This document shows, piece after piece, positions 35,628 to 44,766 of a DNA stretch of 54,468 nucleotides. How positions within the stretch are numbered: position 1 is the first letter of the stretch; each line of letters begins with the position of its first letter. Source of the DNA: a virus (lineage: Duplodnaviria; Caudoviricetes). A program made the translations under genes and the position numbers. The stretch is from IMG/VR virus record IMGVR_UViG_3300021424_000043, positions 1 to 54,468 of that record. One strand, given 5' to 3'. The notes beneath the pieces are model-generated. The model saw nothing but the letters and a program-made list of their open reading frames with translations, had not been told where the DNA came from and ran no database searches.

Positions 35628-36296
35628 TTATCTCTTTGCGCGGCCAACTGCTCCAACTGGTTCTTCTGGTTCTTCAACTGGGGCTTTATCAGGTGCTGCT
35701 GGTTCAGTAGTAGCAACTACATCTGTAACTGCCATTTCTTCGCCGCCGCTTGCAGGCGTAAATTCGCCATCTGTTTGTTGTCCTGTTAAAGCATTTAATG
35801 CTTCATTTAATGTTGAGCGTGTTTGGCTTAATGTTTGATTTAGTTGTGTCAAAGCACTGCTTGCTGCTTGGTTGTATGTGTTTGCTTCATTTACTCCAAC
35901 TTCGCTTTGCATACTGTCAACTAATGCTGGTAATTCTTTAACCAACATATCGTTACATTGTTCTACCATTTTTTGAACTTTATCAACTATTTCTTGAGCC
36001 GCAAGTGTCACAGTTGCCTGTTCTACTGCTTGATTTTCTATAATTATTGAAGAATTAGAAAATGTTTTATAATGCTGTGTTAGGGCTTCAGCAATCATTA
36101 ATGCCTTTAGATAGGATGAATTGTTATGTGAATCATATGAAGCCTTCTTTTTAGTTTCTTCAATAACATTCATAAATTGAACTAGCATTTTTCTAGTTTG
36201 TATTTTATTAAACTTGCTTACATCTAAGTCATAGTTAAAGTTATTTTTTAGTGCTGATACGGCAACGTCCGTATTATCAAAATGTTCTAGTTTCAT
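35628..36296 (-). CDS. Helical, scaffold/prohead-core-like late protein
   Basis: ATG 36296 with AGGA SD, downstream of late promoter 36316-36323; coiled-coil body, acidic tail ending GRAKR. Confidence 0.5.
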   Translation of the reverse strand: MKLEHFDNTDVAVSALKNNFNYDLDVSKFNKIQTRKMLVQFMNVIEETKKKASYDSHNNSSYLKALMIAEALTQHYKTFSNSSIIIENQAVEQATVTLAAQEIVDKVQKMVEQCNDMLVKELPALVDSMQSEVGVNEANTYNQAASSALTQLNQTLSQTRSTLNEALNALTGQQTDGEFTPASGGEEMAVTDVVATTEPAAPDKAPVEEPEEPVGAVGRAKR

Positions 36297-36340
36297 GGTA
36301 TTACATCCTATAGTGTATTTATCATCCAAATAAAAAATTA

Positions 36341-36784
36341 TTAATGAGTTGTGTATTCTTTAAATGTCTTGTTCTGCCAATATTTACTATATTCAACGTA
36401 AAGATTCATGGCTTTTTGTGCAGTTTTACGTCTAATTTTATCTTCAGATAGTTTGGCTAAATGCACATATCTATTCTCAATATTTCTATCAACAAGTCGT
36501 TTATGATTAGTAATAGTAGCACTTAAACTATCCAATGTTTCATCTAGTTCTACGATTTTATTTAAATCTTTATGCTTATTATTTTTATGAAATACACACC
36601 AAGTCACTGCATATTTAAGTTGTCCAAACTTTATAATGATAGTCGGATCTTTTATCCATTGTACAGTATATAGTCCTTTGGAGTCTTTCGTTATTTGATA
36701 TTGTCCAAAAAGGTGGTAACTGCCATCATCTTGTTTAAGGACTAGTAAGTCTTTAATCTTTTTTGATAAATCAATATGATTCAT
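36341..36784 (-). CDS. Hypothetical protein
   Basis: 147-aa ORF in an operon. Confidence 0.6.
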   Translation of the reverse strand: MNHIDLSKKIKDLLVLKQDDGSYHLFGQYQITKDSKGLYTVQWIKDPTIIIKFGQLKYAVTWCVFHKNNKHKDLNKIVELDETLDSLSATITNHKRLVDRNIENRYVHLAKLSEDKIRRKTAQKAMNLYVEYSKYWQNKTFKEYTTH

Positions 36785-36785
36785 A

Positions 36786-37205
36786 TTAATATTTAATAAA
36801 ATGTATATTTTTTATAGGTTTTTCTATGCTTAAGTAAGGTTTTAATCTTAAATCTTCTGTACCACATATAAGCATAGGCACAGTTTTTACATCCTCCTTA
36901 AGATATGCTAATTCATCGTTGCCATCACTAAACACTGCGATACTACGTATCTCAAAATCAAACATCCAACAACTTGTAACATCCATATCAAAATAATTTA
37001 CTGAAATATCAATATATTTCGGCACAGATATATTTTCAGGCTGACTACGCAAAGATATAGATTGTATTATAGTATCAAAGTTTATTTGTGTGTTACGTTT
37101 ATGAACCCAGTCTTTATAATCTATACCCTCAGGCGGTTTAGCCCTATTAGGAATTCCAGTCTGCGTAATATCAAACAGTGTATAACAAGCAATTTTATCG
37201 CTCAT
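36786..37205 (-). CDS. Hypothetical protein
   Basis: 139-aa ORF, YTLFDITQTG...RN.Q.NF.TIIQ.ISLRSQP; TAAATA 4 nt upstream of the ATG. Confidence 0.65.
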   Translation of the reverse strand: MSDKIACYTLFDITQTGIPNRAKPPEGIDYKDWVHKRNTQINFDTIIQSISLRSQPENISVPKYIDISVNYFDMDVTSCWMFDFEIRSIAVFSDGNDELAYLKEDVKTVPMLICGTEDLRLKPYLSIEKPIKNIHFIKY

Positions 37206-37222
37206 CCTCTATTTACAAACAT

Positions 37223-37253
37223 AAAAAAGCCCGGGAATTTTAGTTCCCGGGCT
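37223..37253 (-). terminator. Rho-independent terminator
   Basis: 10-bp stem agcccgggaa/ttcccgggct followed by a U-tract. Confidence 0.9.
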
Positions 37254-37279
37254 CTATGTCGCATAACTTTAACTAATTA

Positions 37280-37648
37280 TTAGTTAGTGAAAGTTGCTGA
37301 GGCTGCTACTGTTACTGCTGCTGGGGCAACTGCGTCTACTGCTGTTTTTAGAGTAGCTGCTGTATATGCTCCAGTTGGATACAATGCTAGTGCGATTGTG
37401 TCGTTAGCTGCATCAGTATATTCATAAATCATAACTGTTGAAATCTGTTGAACAGTTTGCATGATTGTGTTTACTTCTGTACCAGTCAATGCGCCGTCTG
37501 CTGTGATTGTGAAAAAATCAAGCTTTGGGCCTTGTGGCTGTACAGTAAGTGCTGAACTGACTGCGTTTACACCTGAATTTGTGTATGAGTTTGCATCTAA
37601 GTGAAATACTGGTTTTAAGTCGCCAGAGACTCTAGTGAATTGTGCCAT
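37280..37648 (-). CDS. Small, probably abundant virion protein (decoration-like)
   Basis: A/T-rich 122 aa; monocistronic, with late promoter ACTAAATA (37693-37700), GGAG SD and its own terminator. Confidence 0.55.
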   Translation of the reverse strand: MAQFTRVSGDLKPVFHLDANSYTNSGVNAVSSALTVQPQGPKLDFFTITADGALTGTEVNTIMQTVQQISTVMIYEYTDAANDTIALALYPTGAYTAATLKTAVDAVAPAAVTVAASATFTN

Positions 37649-37740
37649 TTTTTAAATCTCCATGTTGTTTGACCTTCAAAGAGGTCTACTATTATTTAGT
37701 CCATTTACTAAAATACATGGATTTGGACAGACTTTTTAAC

Positions 37741-37989
37741 TTATTCTTGTGTACCTAAAGCCTGTCTTATTTGTGCTTTTTGTTGCTGTGGTAGATTTTT
37801 AACAATATTAATAAGTTTGTCAACTTTCTGTATACGTGGTGTTTGAGAGGTAACTGCTGGACTTGTAGACGCAGAAGGTTGAGTTGAAGTTTTTGCTGCT
37901 GTTTTCTTTAAACCAGCTGCTGTTTTTAGTGAGGTTGGACTTACTTCATCCAACTCTTTACTTTCATTAATAATTTCATGCATTCTCAT
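37741..37989 (-). CDS. Small late protein, possible internal head protein
   Basis: N-terminus MRMHEIINE; late promoter 5 nt upstream. Confidence 0.5.
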   Translation of the reverse strand: MRMHEIINESKELDEVSPTSLKTAAGLKKTAAKTSTQPSASTSPAVTSQTPRIQKVDKLINIVKNLPQQQKAQIRQALGTQE

Positions 37990-37993
37990 ATTA

Positions 37994-38245
37994 TTATTTA
38001 TCTATTTGTTTGTTTTTTTTAACAGATTTTGCGAATCGACTAGGCTCTCTATTTTTAATAGAACTTAGTAACTTCTTTTCAAATAATTCTGCTGTTTCGG
38101 TATTATAGTGGCGCTCCATTAATTTAATTAAATTAATAGCACTAGTAATAATATTAGTGCCGCGACTTTCGACAATATGTGGAATATCACGGTTTAAAGA
38201 TATGGAGTCTAATTCCTCTAAGAGGCTTTTAGTTCTTTTTTGCAT
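37994..38245 (-). CDS. Late hypothetical protein
   Basis: 83-aa ORF with late promoter at 38262-38269. Confidence 0.65.
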   Translation of the reverse strand: MQKRTKSLLEELDSISLNRDIPHIVESRGTNIITSAINLIKLMERHYNTETAELFEKKLLSSIKNREPSRFAKSVKKNKQIDK

Positions 38246-38285
38246 ATAGATACCTTTCTAATATTTATCTTGTAAAGGTGTCTAT
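38246..38285 (-). promoter_or_regulatory. SD-occluding hairpin enclosing late promoter GATAAATA, at the helicase/late-gene junction
   Basis: atagataccttt / aaaggtgtctat, 11 of 12 complementary. Confidence 0.75.
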
Positions 38286-39670
38286 TGTCCTAAATCTCTT
38301 AATAATGACTTTAGTTTAGAAGCCCCTATATTTGCTGATACTTTGCTTGATTCTTCTGATATTGTATTAGCAGTAATCTGTGAGGTGTTCTTAATTTGTG
38401 CTAATAATTCACTACCTGTAGTCTGCGGTTTTGGGTCATTTAGATGATTGTTATCAGTAATACGTAGTGTTTCAACATCAAACGCAAGTTCAATCTTCTG
38501 ACCTACACCCGAACTACTACGTGTTTTCATCAACTGTATCTGATAAAGTCCACGCTCACGCATACTGCGACTTGTAAATATACCAAACACATTATCCGCA
38601 GTATTGATCTTACTGATACCACCTGCTATATGACTATGATCAAATTCGATTTCTTCAACTGCACTACGATTTAACTGACTAGCCGTTACAAACACTACAT
38701 TAAGTTCCTTAGCAAGATTGCGTAGTTCTTCGCTAACATACTTGTCTTTAACAAACAAATCATTGGGACTGACTTTAGCACTTACAGGCATGACTAAATC
38801 TAGATAGTCTACACACAAGAAGTCTACACGCATATCTGTTTGTATCTGTAATTCTTTTACATATGCTCTTATATCGTTGACATTGCTTTGTGCTGGCATA
38901 TATTTGATACGCAGTTGTCCAGACTTTTTAGATACCATCTTTACTTTCATTTCAACATTATCTAGATCCTTAAAGATTTCTCTAGTACTTGTATCTGTCA
39001 TCATACTATCTAATCTCATACTACATAAACCTTCACTCAACTCTAGAGTAATGTATACCCCATTCATACCTTTCTGTACCCAATTTACAGCAAGATTTTG
39101 CATGATCAAACTTTTACCAGAGCCACTACCACCTGCAAAGATTTGTAGTTCACCACGATTGAAACCACCATATAATTTATTATCCAGTGTAGGCCAGCCT
39201 GTGCTATTTTGTCCATTATTACTTTTTAATGCCATGAGTCTTGCACGTGGGTCAGCAAAGTAATCTGTACCCATGTCCTTCTGTAGAGAAATCTGAACAG
39301 CATCTTTGATCAGTTTTTCTACAGGCCCATATTCGCCCTTCTCAAGATAATCTGCGCTCTTAAGAATAGCCCTCTCAAGTTCTTGTCGTTTAGTAAACGA
39401 TTCAAATTCTTCTAGAAACCAATCATAATGCCCTTCATCTAATTCTGGAATAGTTTCTATACTGATTTCTGTAGTAGCCTTGATCTGAATTGGATCTGGC
39501 ATAACATTATATTTTTTAGTATGTTCTATTATGAACTCCGCAACAGGACGTAATCTACGATCAAAGTTAGCACCATTCATAATGTTCATAACACGGGTAT
39601 ACAACTCCGCATTCGTTACCATCATACGTAAAAATAATGTTTGAACTTCTATATTATAATCGTTTATCAA
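38282..39670 (-). CDS. Replicative DnaB-like helicase (T4 gp41-like)
   Basis: STGWPTLD..LYGG; Walker A GGSGSGKS; YITLELSE; VDYLD; ELRNLA; TASQLNR; KTR. Confidence 0.95.
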   Translation of the reverse strand: MINDYNIEVQTLFLRMMVTNAELYTRVMNIMNGANFDRRLRPVAEFIIEHTKKYNVMPDPIQIKATTEISIETIPELDEGHYDWFLEEFESFTKRQELERAILKSADYLEKGEYGPVEKLIKDAVQISLQKDMGTDYFADPRARLMALKSNNGQNSTGWPTLDNKLYGGFNRGELQIFAGGSGSGKSLIMQNLAVNWVQKGMNGVYITLELSEGLCSMRLDSMMTDTSTREIFKDLDNVEMKVKMVSKKSGQLRIKYMPAQSNVNDIRAYVKELQIQTDMRVDFLCVDYLDLVMPVSAKVSPNDLFVKDKYVSEELRNLAKELNVVFVTASQLNRSAVEEIEFDHSHIAGGISKINTADNVFGIFTSRSMRERGLYQIQLMKTRSSSGVGQKIELAFDVETLRITDNNHLNDPKPQTTGSELLAQIKNTSQITANTISEESSKVSANIGASKLKSLLRDLGQ

Positions 39671-40625
39671 GTTGCTTCCTCTTTACTTCAATTTTAATTT
39701 TGCTATTAGTAGTTGATTGTAAAATACTTAGTATAGTTGATAAGCGTCCATATTTTACTACACTATCGTTAATGTCCTTTATTCCTGGATTCCATTCAGG
39801 AATACTAACATAAAATCCTAAATCTAGCGCACGATTTATAATTTCTAATCCTGACTTATCTTGGTCTGGAACAATAATTATTTTTTTGTTTAATCTTGAA
39901 AGAATAGCAGCTTGCCCATCATTAATAGAATTTGTAGTCAAGGCACAACCATTTATACTAAGAGCATCAAATATACCCTCTGAAACAATACATACACTAG
40001 ATTCGGGCTTTTGTAAGTCATATCCAAATACAAATCCTTTTTGTTGTTCGTTTATAAATTTAGGTTTATGATCATCTAAATATCTGCTAGTATAACCTAC
40101 TATTTTATTTTCAAATGTATATGGAATAATAATACGATTTGCATTACGTCCTTCTGCATCAGGAGTACATAAAAAAGGATAATCTTCTAATTGTATTTTA
40201 CGATTTAGTAAATATTCTACAAATCTATTATGTTTTTGGTTATCTTTACTAATCAATTCAGCGTCAGGTAATTTAATTTCTTTAAATTTAATTATTCGTG
40301 CTTCTCGTTTAGCCTTAACAAAATCAATTAAATCTTTGTGCTGTAAACTTTCAAAACTCCATCTATCAATTTGATCTTTATCAATACCACAATACGAAAA
40401 CAATAGTCTTGTACTTCTGCTTAAACTTTTTCCTAAGGTAAATCCAGATTTGAAGCCACAATTGAAACAATGATAACTCCAGTTATCGCCATCAAACTTT
40501 ATACCCCCTCGACCTCTACGATCAGATTTATGTCCACGATACTGGCAGCATACAGCGTTAAAACTATGCCAACCACTTTGCGTTGTTTTTTTCTTGCCTG
40601 GAATTATTTGAAGAATATCGAACAC
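39654..40625 (-). CDS. DNA primase (T4 gp61-like)
   Basis: Zn-binding CC...YHCFNCG; RIIIP; TOPRIM EGIFDA, PDQDKSG, KDIND. Confidence 0.9.
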   Translation of the reverse strand: MFDILQIIPGKKKTTQSGWHSFNAVCCQYRGHKSDRRGRGGIKFDGDNWSYHCFNCGFKSGFTLGKSLSRSTRLLFSYCGIDKDQIDRWSFESLQHKDLIDFVKAKREARIIKFKEIKLPDAELISKDNQKHNRFVEYLLNRKIQLEDYPFLCTPDAEGRNANRIIIPYTFENKIVGYTSRYLDDHKPKFINEQQKGFVFGYDLQKPESSVCIVSEGIFDALSINGCALTTNSINDGQAAILSRLNKKIIIVPDQDKSGLEIINRALDLGFYVSIPEWNPGIKDINDSVVKYGRLSTILSILQSTTNSKIKIEVKRKQLDKRL

Positions 40626-40631
40626 TTTGTA

Positions 40632-40660
40632 ATTATAACACAGTGTTGCGTAGAAACAAA
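40632..40660 (-). promoter_or_regulatory. Extended -10 promoter TGTGTTATAAT, GTG start 6 nt downstream
   Basis: TATAAT at 40632-40637. Confidence 0.6.
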
Positions 40661-40673
40661 TACTATTGGTAAC

Positions 40674-41477
40674 TTATCTTGCCAAAATATTAGTGACTAC
40701 CCCAGCATTACTAGTAAACACCATACGTACAAATGGATGGTAACCTTCTATTGTATATCCTTTTGTTGCGCTCACGTTTTCATATTCATCACTTGTAATA
40801 ATTGGATACCAATCAGTTAATGTTTGAGTAAATGTGCCTTCTACAGCAACATATCCATTATATTCAGTAAGTTTAGTTTGAATAGTGAGTACAGGATTAT
40901 TTTGTGTATTGATAACTGAACTATAATATGTATTAGCATTAGCCAATGGATTTTCACTATTAACATTAGCATCTAGATTAGGGAAGGGCTGACCCGTTGG
41001 AATAGTTACAATTTGACTTGGCACAAAACTTGGTAACACACTGTTTAATATATTCATATCTCCGCGCGCACCGGCTGCTGGATCTACAAACACAGGATAG
41101 TCGAAATCACCTACTGGAATCTCTAAACTATAATATGCTTTTTGAGCAGGAATATCTTCTAGATCGGCTGCATCTAAATGTAGATATGCTATACCAGTAA
41201 CTGGTAGTTCAAGTGTTAGCGATTTTTGTATTAGTACAATTGTACCATTATAGTTAATAATACGACAAGTTATTGTCTTGCCTGTAATATCAACTGGTTT
41301 CTGCTCCTGATTTAAGAACTGAAACTGTATTTTATTATCTACCCCTTTATGTAGATTAAGTGTTTTAGCATAGTTTGGCATATAGGCCCTCGGACTGTTG
41401 CCTGATAAGAGAACAACAATCTGACGTTGAGTAAAAAGTAAAACTGATGTACTATATCCTACATTTGTGACCGTCAC
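40674..41477 (-). CDS. Late structural protein (BppU-N/Ig-like, baseplate-associated)
   Basis: KGVDNKIQFQFLNQEQKPVDITG motif; late promoter 41496-41503; AGGAG SD with GTG start. Confidence 0.55.
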   Translation of the reverse strand: MTVTNVGYSTSVLLFTQRQIVVLLSGNSPRAYMPNYAKTLNLHKGVDNKIQFQFLNQEQKPVDITGKTITCRIINYNGTIVLIQKSLTLELPVTGIAYLHLDAADLEDIPAQKAYYSLEIPVGDFDYPVFVDPAAGARGDMNILNSVLPSFVPSQIVTIPTGQPFPNLDANVNSENPLANANTYYSSVINTQNNPVLTIQTKLTEYNGYVAVEGTFTQTLTDWYPIITSDEYENVSATKGYTIEGYHPFVRMVFTSNAGVVTNILAR

Positions 41478-41564
41478 AATTATTGCTCCTACTAATATTT
41501 ATTCATATAAAAAGTAAAATTTATATATGGGTGAAGTAGAGTAAATAATACTGACTTATTACAC

Positions 41565-41945
41565 ATGATACCTAAAGATTTTTTTAAAAAATTAAGTGAA
41601 AATCATCCTTTTATCAGCGTTTGCTCAGTAGCAAATCAAGATTATGTAGGGATAATGCAAAACCGTGATGATTCCTATACCACTATATATGATTATGGCG
41701 CTATAACAGATTTGCGTAACAAGCAAAAGTTCTTAGAATTAGGAGAAGTCTGGTGGTGGGAAAGCAATCGTCAGATACCAATTAATATATTTTTAAAAGA
41801 GGAATGGTCTATTTTTAGACCCTACATCAAGACTTTTAGTAACAAAAATCTAACACTAATACATGGGCCTATAATAAGTTTAAGTGAATTTAACAAAAAG
41901 CGAATACGTAGAAAAAGTATTACCTTAGTTCGTAAAATTTCATAA
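41565..41945 (+). CDS. Hypothetical protein (WWWESNR motif)
   Basis: 126-aa ORF divergent from 41477; AGTAAATA upstream at 41540-41547. Confidence 0.65.
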   Translation: MIPKDFFKKLSENHPFISVCSVANQDYVGIMQNRDDSYTTIYDYGAITDLRNKQKFLELGEVWWWESNRQIPINIFLKEEWSIFRPYIKTFSNKNLTLIHGPIISLSEFNKKRIRRKSITLVRKIS

Positions 41946-42425
41946 TTTTCGCCTACGCTTTTCTTTAGCGAGTGCTAGTGCTACAGGTCCAACCCTAGTA
42001 TCAAAACATATACCATCTAAATGATCTATCTCATGTTGGAAAACTCTGGCTTTAATACCTGTAAATTCTGTTGTAATTTTTTGACCTGATATGTCTTGAT
42101 ATGAAACTTGTATCCTACTACTACGATTAACGCGCAACCATAGTTTAGGAAAACTCAAACAGCCTTCTATATCTTTAATGACATCACCCTCTTTTATCAA
42201 AATTGAAGGATTAATTATAGCATAGAGTTGCTGTTCATTACCCATGATAAACAATCGTTTCTGTATTCCTACTTGTGGGGCGGCAAGACCTATACCATTG
42301 TTCTCAAACATAATCTTAGTCATGGCTTTGATCAATTCTGAAGGGTCGCCGTCGATATCAAAATCATATAATAAACTAATTTCTTGTAATTGTTTATGAC
42401 CTTCTTCAAGTAATTTGAGTTGCAT
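41940..42425 (-). CDS. def: Peptide deformylase
   Basis: All three motifs present: GIGLAAPQVG, EGCLS, QHEIDHLDG. Confidence 0.95.
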   Translation of the reverse strand: MQLKLLEEGHKQLQEISLLYDFDIDGDPSELIKAMTKIMFENNGIGLAAPQVGIQKRLFIMGNEQQLYAIINPSILIKEGDVIKDIEGCLSFPKLWLRVNRSSRIQVSYQDISGQKITTEFTGIKARVFQHEIDHLDGICFDTRVGPVALALAKEKRRRKL

Positions 42426-43017
42426 TTTCGCTTAATAAATTCATATGCACTACGACAAGATTTGCATAAGCAACAGCGTGTGACTTTTTAAAACTATATG
42501 TATCCTGCTTTAAATCCCATATTGTTTTACTTACTTCTTTCCAAGATAACCCAATCAAATGTTTTTTACCTGGTCTTATAACTGCTAGAAACATTGCTAA
42601 TCTTGGTATACTATTTATTGGCTCAGGCATGCGTTGTATAGAATTGTAATGATTACCTACGTGTATTAGTTGTTTTACAAAGTTTATATCGTTAAATAAA
42701 GCCCAGTTAGGTTCACGCATTAGTTCAACTAAATGTTTTTCATCACGTACCATTTTATATACATGTATATTAAGCATGTCTAGTTTCATGTAGCCACGTG
42801 CTTCAGCTATTTCATAATCTATGGATGCCATACCAGATACAGGATCATAGGGTATTTCTGTAACATAAACACCAGTAGCATGTTTACGTATGATTGATTG
42901 ATGATTTTTTTGTTTTGATACTTTTGCGTTGTACATTGCCGCAGGAATATGATTGATCTTTTCTAAGATTAGATCACGATTTCCAAAATCAATATCAATA
43001 TCACTACGAAATTTCAT
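42406..43017 (-). CDS. Minimal DNA polymerase III alpha (DnaE, C-family)-like protein, about 203 aa
   Basis: SDIDIDF, KHATGVYV, GYMKLDMLN, LAVIRPG and YSFKKSHAVAYA in DnaE order; ATG 43017 overlaps the upstream stop (ATGA). Confidence 0.85.
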   Translation of the reverse strand: MKFRSDIDIDFGNRDLILEKINHIPAAMYNAKVSKQKNHQSIIRKHATGVYVTEIPYDPVSGMASIDYEIAEARGYMKLDMLNIHVYKMVRDEKHLVELMREPNWALFNDINFVKQLIHVGNHYNSIQRMPEPINSIPRLAMFLAVIRPGKKHLIGLSWKEVSKTIWDLKQDTYSFKKSHAVAYANLVVVHMNLLSENATQIT

Positions 43018-43262
43018 TTCCATCTTAGTAAAAACCATGTCTCTTTTTCTGGATCTTTAATTTCTATAAATAGTTGCGGAGGAAATCCTGCTACACGTAA
43101 AATCCAACTCTCCAAATCTTTACTACGCCATTCTACAAACTGCGATACGCTATTCATATCATATTTTCCTAAAGCATCATTAAAATTATCTTGTACATTC
43201 TCTGTTAGCCATGTTAATACTTCGTTTTTTTTATCATATGGCAATGTATGTCGCTTATTCAT
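43014..43262 (-). CDS. Small hypothetical protein (C-terminal D......F.LRW motif)
   Basis: 82-aa ORF coupled to both neighbours. Confidence 0.65.
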   Translation of the reverse strand: MNKRHTLPYDKKNEVLTWLTENVQDNFNDALGKYDMNSVSQFVEWRSKDLESWILRVAGFPPQLFIEIKDPEKETWFLLRWK

Positions 43263-43804
43263 TTTTTAATACTTAGTTTCTTATATGCTTCTTGTACAAC
43301 AATAGCCTGACGTTCAGCATCTTCTACAGCCTTATGTGTAGTAACATGCCCTCCATCTTTTAATTTAACATCTGCAATTTCGTAAAGAGTTCGTGTATCT
43401 CTAACTGTATAGAATGGCCAAGGAATAGGATTAGGCCTTTCACTAGTCTGTCGCATACCTGTTTCACAAGCAACAATATCAAATGGCGCGCCATGACTCC
43501 ATACTGCTCTACGATTCCAACCTATCTTATATAGTATTTCCATACAGTCTTTAAATGGCAGTCTGTCACGTTCATCAAATGCTTCATCAAGCGCAGCAGG
43601 ATTTTGTTGGCTCCACCACTGAATAGTACTATCACAAATGATACGATTGTATTTTTCAGTTTGATCTTCGATTGTAGGCTTTAGTGTCCAACCCTCAGCA
43701 ATACCTTGACCATAAGGATCAAATCTTACAATACCAATAGTAAGGATAACACAATAAGGACTTGTGTCCAGTGTTTCCAAATCTATCATTAAATCATTTG
43801 CCAT
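43259..43804 (-). CDS. DEDDh 3'-5' exonuclease (DexA/Rv2179c-like)
   Basis: LMIDLETL, TIQWW..Q, WSHG..FD, RDTRT, HKAVEDA. Confidence 0.88.
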   Translation of the reverse strand: MANDLMIDLETLDTSPYCVILTIGIVRFDPYGQGIAEGWTLKPTIEDQTEKYNRIICDSTIQWWSQQNPAALDEAFDERDRLPFKDCMEILYKIGWNRRAVWSHGAPFDIVACETGMRQTSERPNPIPWPFYTVRDTRTLYEIADVKLKDGGHVTTHKAVEDAERQAIVVQEAYKKLSIKK

Positions 43805-44066
43805 ACTTAAGAATATACACTATAAACTTCTTCTCGTCAAGTACCTTATAATCGTCGGTCATCATACCTTCGTTTGTTTCTATTGGTCTAAACCCATATT
43901 TGTTTTCAAGCCATATAGTAAATTCTCTATGATCTCGACTTTGTGTTTCGTTATAAAACTCTAGTTTGAGATTCTTTAGATTTGACCAATATTTGAAACG
44001 TGATAATCTTTTATCTATATTTGGATCGTCATCATCAAAATCTTGAAAATCTTTAGGAATTTGCAT
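43794..44066 (-). CDS. Small hypothetical protein
   Basis: ATG 44066 preferred; ends DEKKFIVYILKY. Confidence 0.6.
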   Translation of the reverse strand: MQIPKDFQDFDDDDPNIDKRLSRFKYWSNLKNLKLEFYNETQSRDHREFTIWLENKYGFRPIETNEGMMTDDYKVLDEKKFIVYILKYGK

Positions 44067-44766
44067 TACTTGCCCAAACATTATCCAGTTGTTTCACTTC
44101 TTCAAGTATACTACTATCAAGATAATTGATCAAGAGGGCTGGCCGATCATGCACACTAGGATTGGGCATACTACTATGAAGTATACGGCAGTTATATAAT
44201 AATACAGTACCCCTAAGCATATCTGGTTGTATGGCATTCTCAGTAAACCAGCGATCATAATTTCCAGTATAGCATTGTTTGATTTCATAGTTGCGCTTTT
44301 GACTATATGGAACTAATCCAGTGCTACCATTTTCTTTAGTAGTGTCCTCAAGTGAAATAATACATTGTATGCCTAATAATCTAGGGTCATAGTTCCATTT
44401 AGTAAATCTATGCGGAGTATCAACATGTGGGTTTATCCATGTTGATTTAGCATTGATAGTTACAACATCACTTACGTAAAATGCAAAGTTGGCGAAATTT
44501 TGAGTTACTAACGGATCCAATAATCTACGTATAGCCAATGTTTCTGGATAATCGTTTACTGTTTGGCTCCACCATACACTGATATCTTCTAGGTTCTTGA
44601 TATCGTCGCGTTCAGCATAAACTTTCTTGCTGCTGCTGGCACGTACAGGACGCAAGTCAAACATGCGTTTTCTGAAGTTTGTAATTAGATGATTAGGAAT
44701 AAAACTTTGCAAATTTATATATCCTTCGCCTCTTGATAGTGTTTCATGCATATTTTTCACATTCAT
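44053..44766 (-). CDS. PhyH-like 2OG-Fe(II) dioxygenase
   Basis: PHVD, ISLED.T.ENG.T.LVP.S, G.VLLY..RILHSS.PN....R. Confidence 0.85.
   Translation of the reverse strand: MNVKNMHETLSRGEGYINLQSFIPNHLITNFRKRMFDLRPVRASSSKKVYAERDDIKNLEDISVWWSQTVNDYPETLAIRRLLDPLVTQNFANFAFYVSDVVTINAKSTWINPHVDTPHRFTKWNYDPRLLGIQCIISLEDTTKENGSTGLVPYSQKRNYEIKQCYTGNYDRWFTENAIQPDMLRGTVLLYNCRILHSSMPNPSVHDRPALLINYLDSSILEEVKQLDNVWASNANS

Noticed and set aside
41470-41550. A further anti-SD hairpin over the 41477 start
   Set aside because: Pairing (CUCUACU with AGUAGGAG) is short and interrupted in AT-rich DNA, so it was not counted among the supported cases
42406-43262. Mini-DnaE as a frameshifted or intron/intein-split pseudogene
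   Set aside because: Flanking ORFs show no DnaE motifs, the deletions are internal and in frame, and both ends are coupled to intact genes
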